A stretch of DNA of 64,000 nt from Zancudomyces culisetae HAW-14-8 (lineage: Eukaryota > Fungi > Kickxellomycota). The stretch's first letter is position 1; every line of letters starts with the position of its first letter. The DNA is taken from contig JBNJNM010000024.1 of NCBI GenBank assembly GCA_052426225.1, forward strand, positions 1 to 64,000. Direction: 5' to 3'. This document shows, piece by piece, positions 61,667 through 64,000 of the stretch. Position numbers and translations under genes: made by a program. The notes under the pieces are model-generated. The model did not search any database. It was not told the origin of the DNA and was given only the letters and a program-made list of their open reading frames with translations.

Positions 61667-63760
61667 TTATATATTGTTTACCATTCTAAACACTTTACCG
61701 GATGCTTCCATCACCGAATCTATTGATTTAGAAATGTTATTTAAATACCACTTATAATCAATGGGGTCGGTATTATCAATGGGTCTTAGTTTATCTCCGA
61801 GATTATTTTTACCATTTTCCGTAGTTGATACGAATACAAAAAATGTTTCACCTTTTTTTAATGGTCCGTATTTTCTATTATATACTTCTAATGGATAATT
61901 ATCCATTTTATAAGGTCCATTGTATATTTTCTTTATAATAAATTCGGATTTATCTAAAGTATGAATATTTGATATCAGCATTCTACAGTGATCTCTAAAC
62001 AATATATCATTCATTACTCTATATGTTATATCTTTATATATACTAACTGCAAATTTGCATCTATCTCTTCTAACAGCTACTACTCCTTTATATTTAATAT
62101 TATTATCATAATCCAATGTTATATACATTTTCTTACCTAATGAAAGAAATTTTTTATATCTACATTCAAACTTCATTTTTATCGGATCTGGAAATAGATT
62201 AGTAACTTCATCAGCTAGTTTTATATGCATTTCATCATTCATTTCCACATCGTTTGTATATATACACGAATCTGTATCGCCATATATTACATCAAAACCT
62301 TTATCAGTTAAAAAAGTTATAGATTTTTCCAGATTTATTCTACCTATATAAGTTATCCTGGATGCAGCTTGTGTAAAACATAACTCACCAGCAGAACCAA
62401 AAATTCCATATACAGAATTTGCACATATTTTTAATGCATTAGCATATGGTTTATTATTTTTATATTTAACTCTAGCATCAACTAATTTTTTTACCATGTT
62501 GGGAATAATACCAAATTTAGTTTTATCAAAGAATTTACCATTCCATGTACTATAGCATATATTTTCGGAAATTATAATAGAAGGATATAATGATGTGAAG
62601 TCCATACATGCAGCATGTTTATATAATTTTGGTTTGCATTCTACAACTATAGCTCCTTTATATTCATCTTTATCATATTTGTTAAATTCCATATGATAAT
62701 TATACTTTTTACATTCGATATATAACATATTTTTCATTCTTATCTGCTGCCCCCTAGTAAATAATTCTTCAACATTGGTATATGTTATATTAGATAAAGA
62801 AATGATGCTTTCCAGCATGGAACATTTTTTTGCGATATCCATGACCAATAGACAATCTTTGACGCAATATTTTACTATATCGGATATTTTATCTGGATTT
62901 TTATGTATGTTATCCCATAAATCCCACATTTCATAAGAATTTAAATCTTCTTTATATCCGCAGTTGAAAAAATTGGAAACGGTATTTAATCTATAATCGT
63001 CTATATTAAATGTACGTTTACAGTAATGATATAGATCTACACATAATATACCATCTATACTAGGGTAGCTTATATCATTATTGGTGTATGCAGAACTACT
63101 CCATGTAATTTCAATCATTTTTGAATCTAGTGGATGTCTAGCATTTATATATCTCCAGTCGAAACCGTGTGTATTATAACCAATTAATATATTTGCAGAT
63201 TTTATATAATTGTAAAAATTGATAATTAATTCATCTTCGCTATTGCAATATTTAATGTTGGTAGATTTTATATCTATATTGGTATTAATAAATGTTATAT
63301 TATCGCATTTATTAGATACGACACTTATGCATATAATTGAATCTTCTTTTTTCTTAGGATCTGGGAATGTTCTATCGCGAGAATAGACTTCTATATCAAA
63401 ACTCATTATATGCAATTCGGGAATTATATCTATGGATAAATAATATATATCATGCATAGATAAATTTTCCAGATCATTATTAATTAATTTGATCCAGCAA
63501 CATTGTTTCAAACCTTTAATATAAAGAAATTCCAGTACACTATTCTTATGTTTTCTAGTTTGTATATCTACCATTACATCTTTTGACATTATAAGAGATT
63601 TTTTTCTTAAATTGCAACCTTTCACTTCTACAGTGGGATAAAAATCTTTTATAATTATATAAACATTATCTTTATCTTTATTAGCGATACCGTATCCATA
63701 TATCCAATTATTTTTATATTCCCATTTATAGATAAAAATTTTCATTGTTTCTTTATCCAT
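61667..63760 (-). CDS. polB: Family B DNA polymerase (inverted copy)
   Basis: Identical to 1592-3685. Confidence 0.97.
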   Translation of the reverse strand: MDKETMKIFIYKWEYKNNWIYGYGIANKDKDNVYIIIKDFYPTVEVKGCNLRKKSLIMSKDVMVDIQTRKHKNSVLEFLYIKGLKQCCWIKLINNDLENLSMHDIYYLSIDIIPELHIMSFDIEVYSRDRTFPDPKKKEDSIICISVVSNKCDNITFINTNIDIKSTNIKYCNSEDELIINFYNYIKSANILIGYNTHGFDWRYINARHPLDSKMIEITWSSSAYTNNDISYPSIDGILCVDLYHYCKRTFNIDDYRLNTVSNFFNCGYKEDLNSYEMWDLWDNIHKNPDKISDIVKYCVKDCLLVMDIAKKCSMLESIISLSNITYTNVEELFTRGQQIRMKNMLYIECKKYNYHMEFNKYDKDEYKGAIVVECKPKLYKHAACMDFTSLYPSIIISENICYSTWNGKFFDKTKFGIIPNMVKKLVDARVKYKNNKPYANALKICANSVYGIFGSAGELCFTQAASRITYIGRINLEKSITFLTDKGFDVIYGDTDSCIYTNDVEMNDEMHIKLADEVTNLFPDPIKMKFECRYKKFLSLGKKMYITLDYDNNIKYKGVVAVRRDRCKFAVSIYKDITYRVMNDILFRDHCRMLISNIHTLDKSEFIIKKIYNGPYKMDNYPLEVYNRKYGPLKKGETFFVFVSTTENGKNNLGDKLRPIDNTDPIDYKWYLNNISKSIDSVMEASGKVFRMVNNI

Positions 63761-64000
63761 TGTCTCTGAATACTATTAAGGATTTTTATTTATAAAATTT
63801 AGATATTTTTTAATTGTGATTGACTAATTACAAATTAAATCAAATATGCATAATAAGAAAATATACAATAATGTCTCTATAATTATAGAAGAAGGATTAA
63901 CATGGGAGGATAGCAAAAAGAGATTCTGTATATTAGAAGGTAATATACAAAAAGTATATATAAGATATATTATAAAAAAGTATGGTTTCGACGCTGCTAT

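Larger units (their letters stand above)
53389..64000 (-). repeat. Inverted copy of the IR-flanked segment (reverse complement of 1352-11963; truncated by window end)
   Basis: Coordinates map as x -> 65352-x (11001<->54351, 10853<->54499, 1592<->63760), with identical proteins on the opposite strand. Confidence 0.97.

Overview
This window is a concatemer of one very AT-rich 26,032-bp unit: two full head-to-tail copies (offset +26,032), then a third copy whose 10.64-kb segment between a pair of 140/141-bp inverted repeats (IRs) is flipped. The unit reads as a capsid-less, virus-derived eukaryotic 'killer plasmid', probably circular and probably from a fungus or another chitin-interacting host. 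Its replication genes are NCLDV-type: a non-protein-primed family-B DNA polymerase, a PrimPol-like AEP primase, a D5-like SF3 helicase and a possible SSB. It has its own transcription system: an Rpb2-Rpb1 fusion RNA polymerase whose trigger loop is on a separate 151-aa gene, a trifunctional capping enzyme, a D6/D11-like SF2 helicase, a probable degenerate early-transcription-factor large subunit, and ATNTGA promoter motifs. Its cargo includes a zymocin-like secreted chitinase (B-lectin, LysM, hevein, GH18) fused through a Kex2-type site and hydrophobic segment to a NucA/NucB-like nuclease, with a candidate immunity gene, small secreted proteins and a PD-(D/E)xK nuclease-like protein. It resembles yeast linear killer plasmids (pGKL type) in transcription and toxin, but NCLDVs in replication, and the 2-micron plasmid in its IR flip geometry. 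All assignments come from motif reading by eye. No searches were run, and the concatemer and inversion could partly reflect assembly or amplification artefacts.
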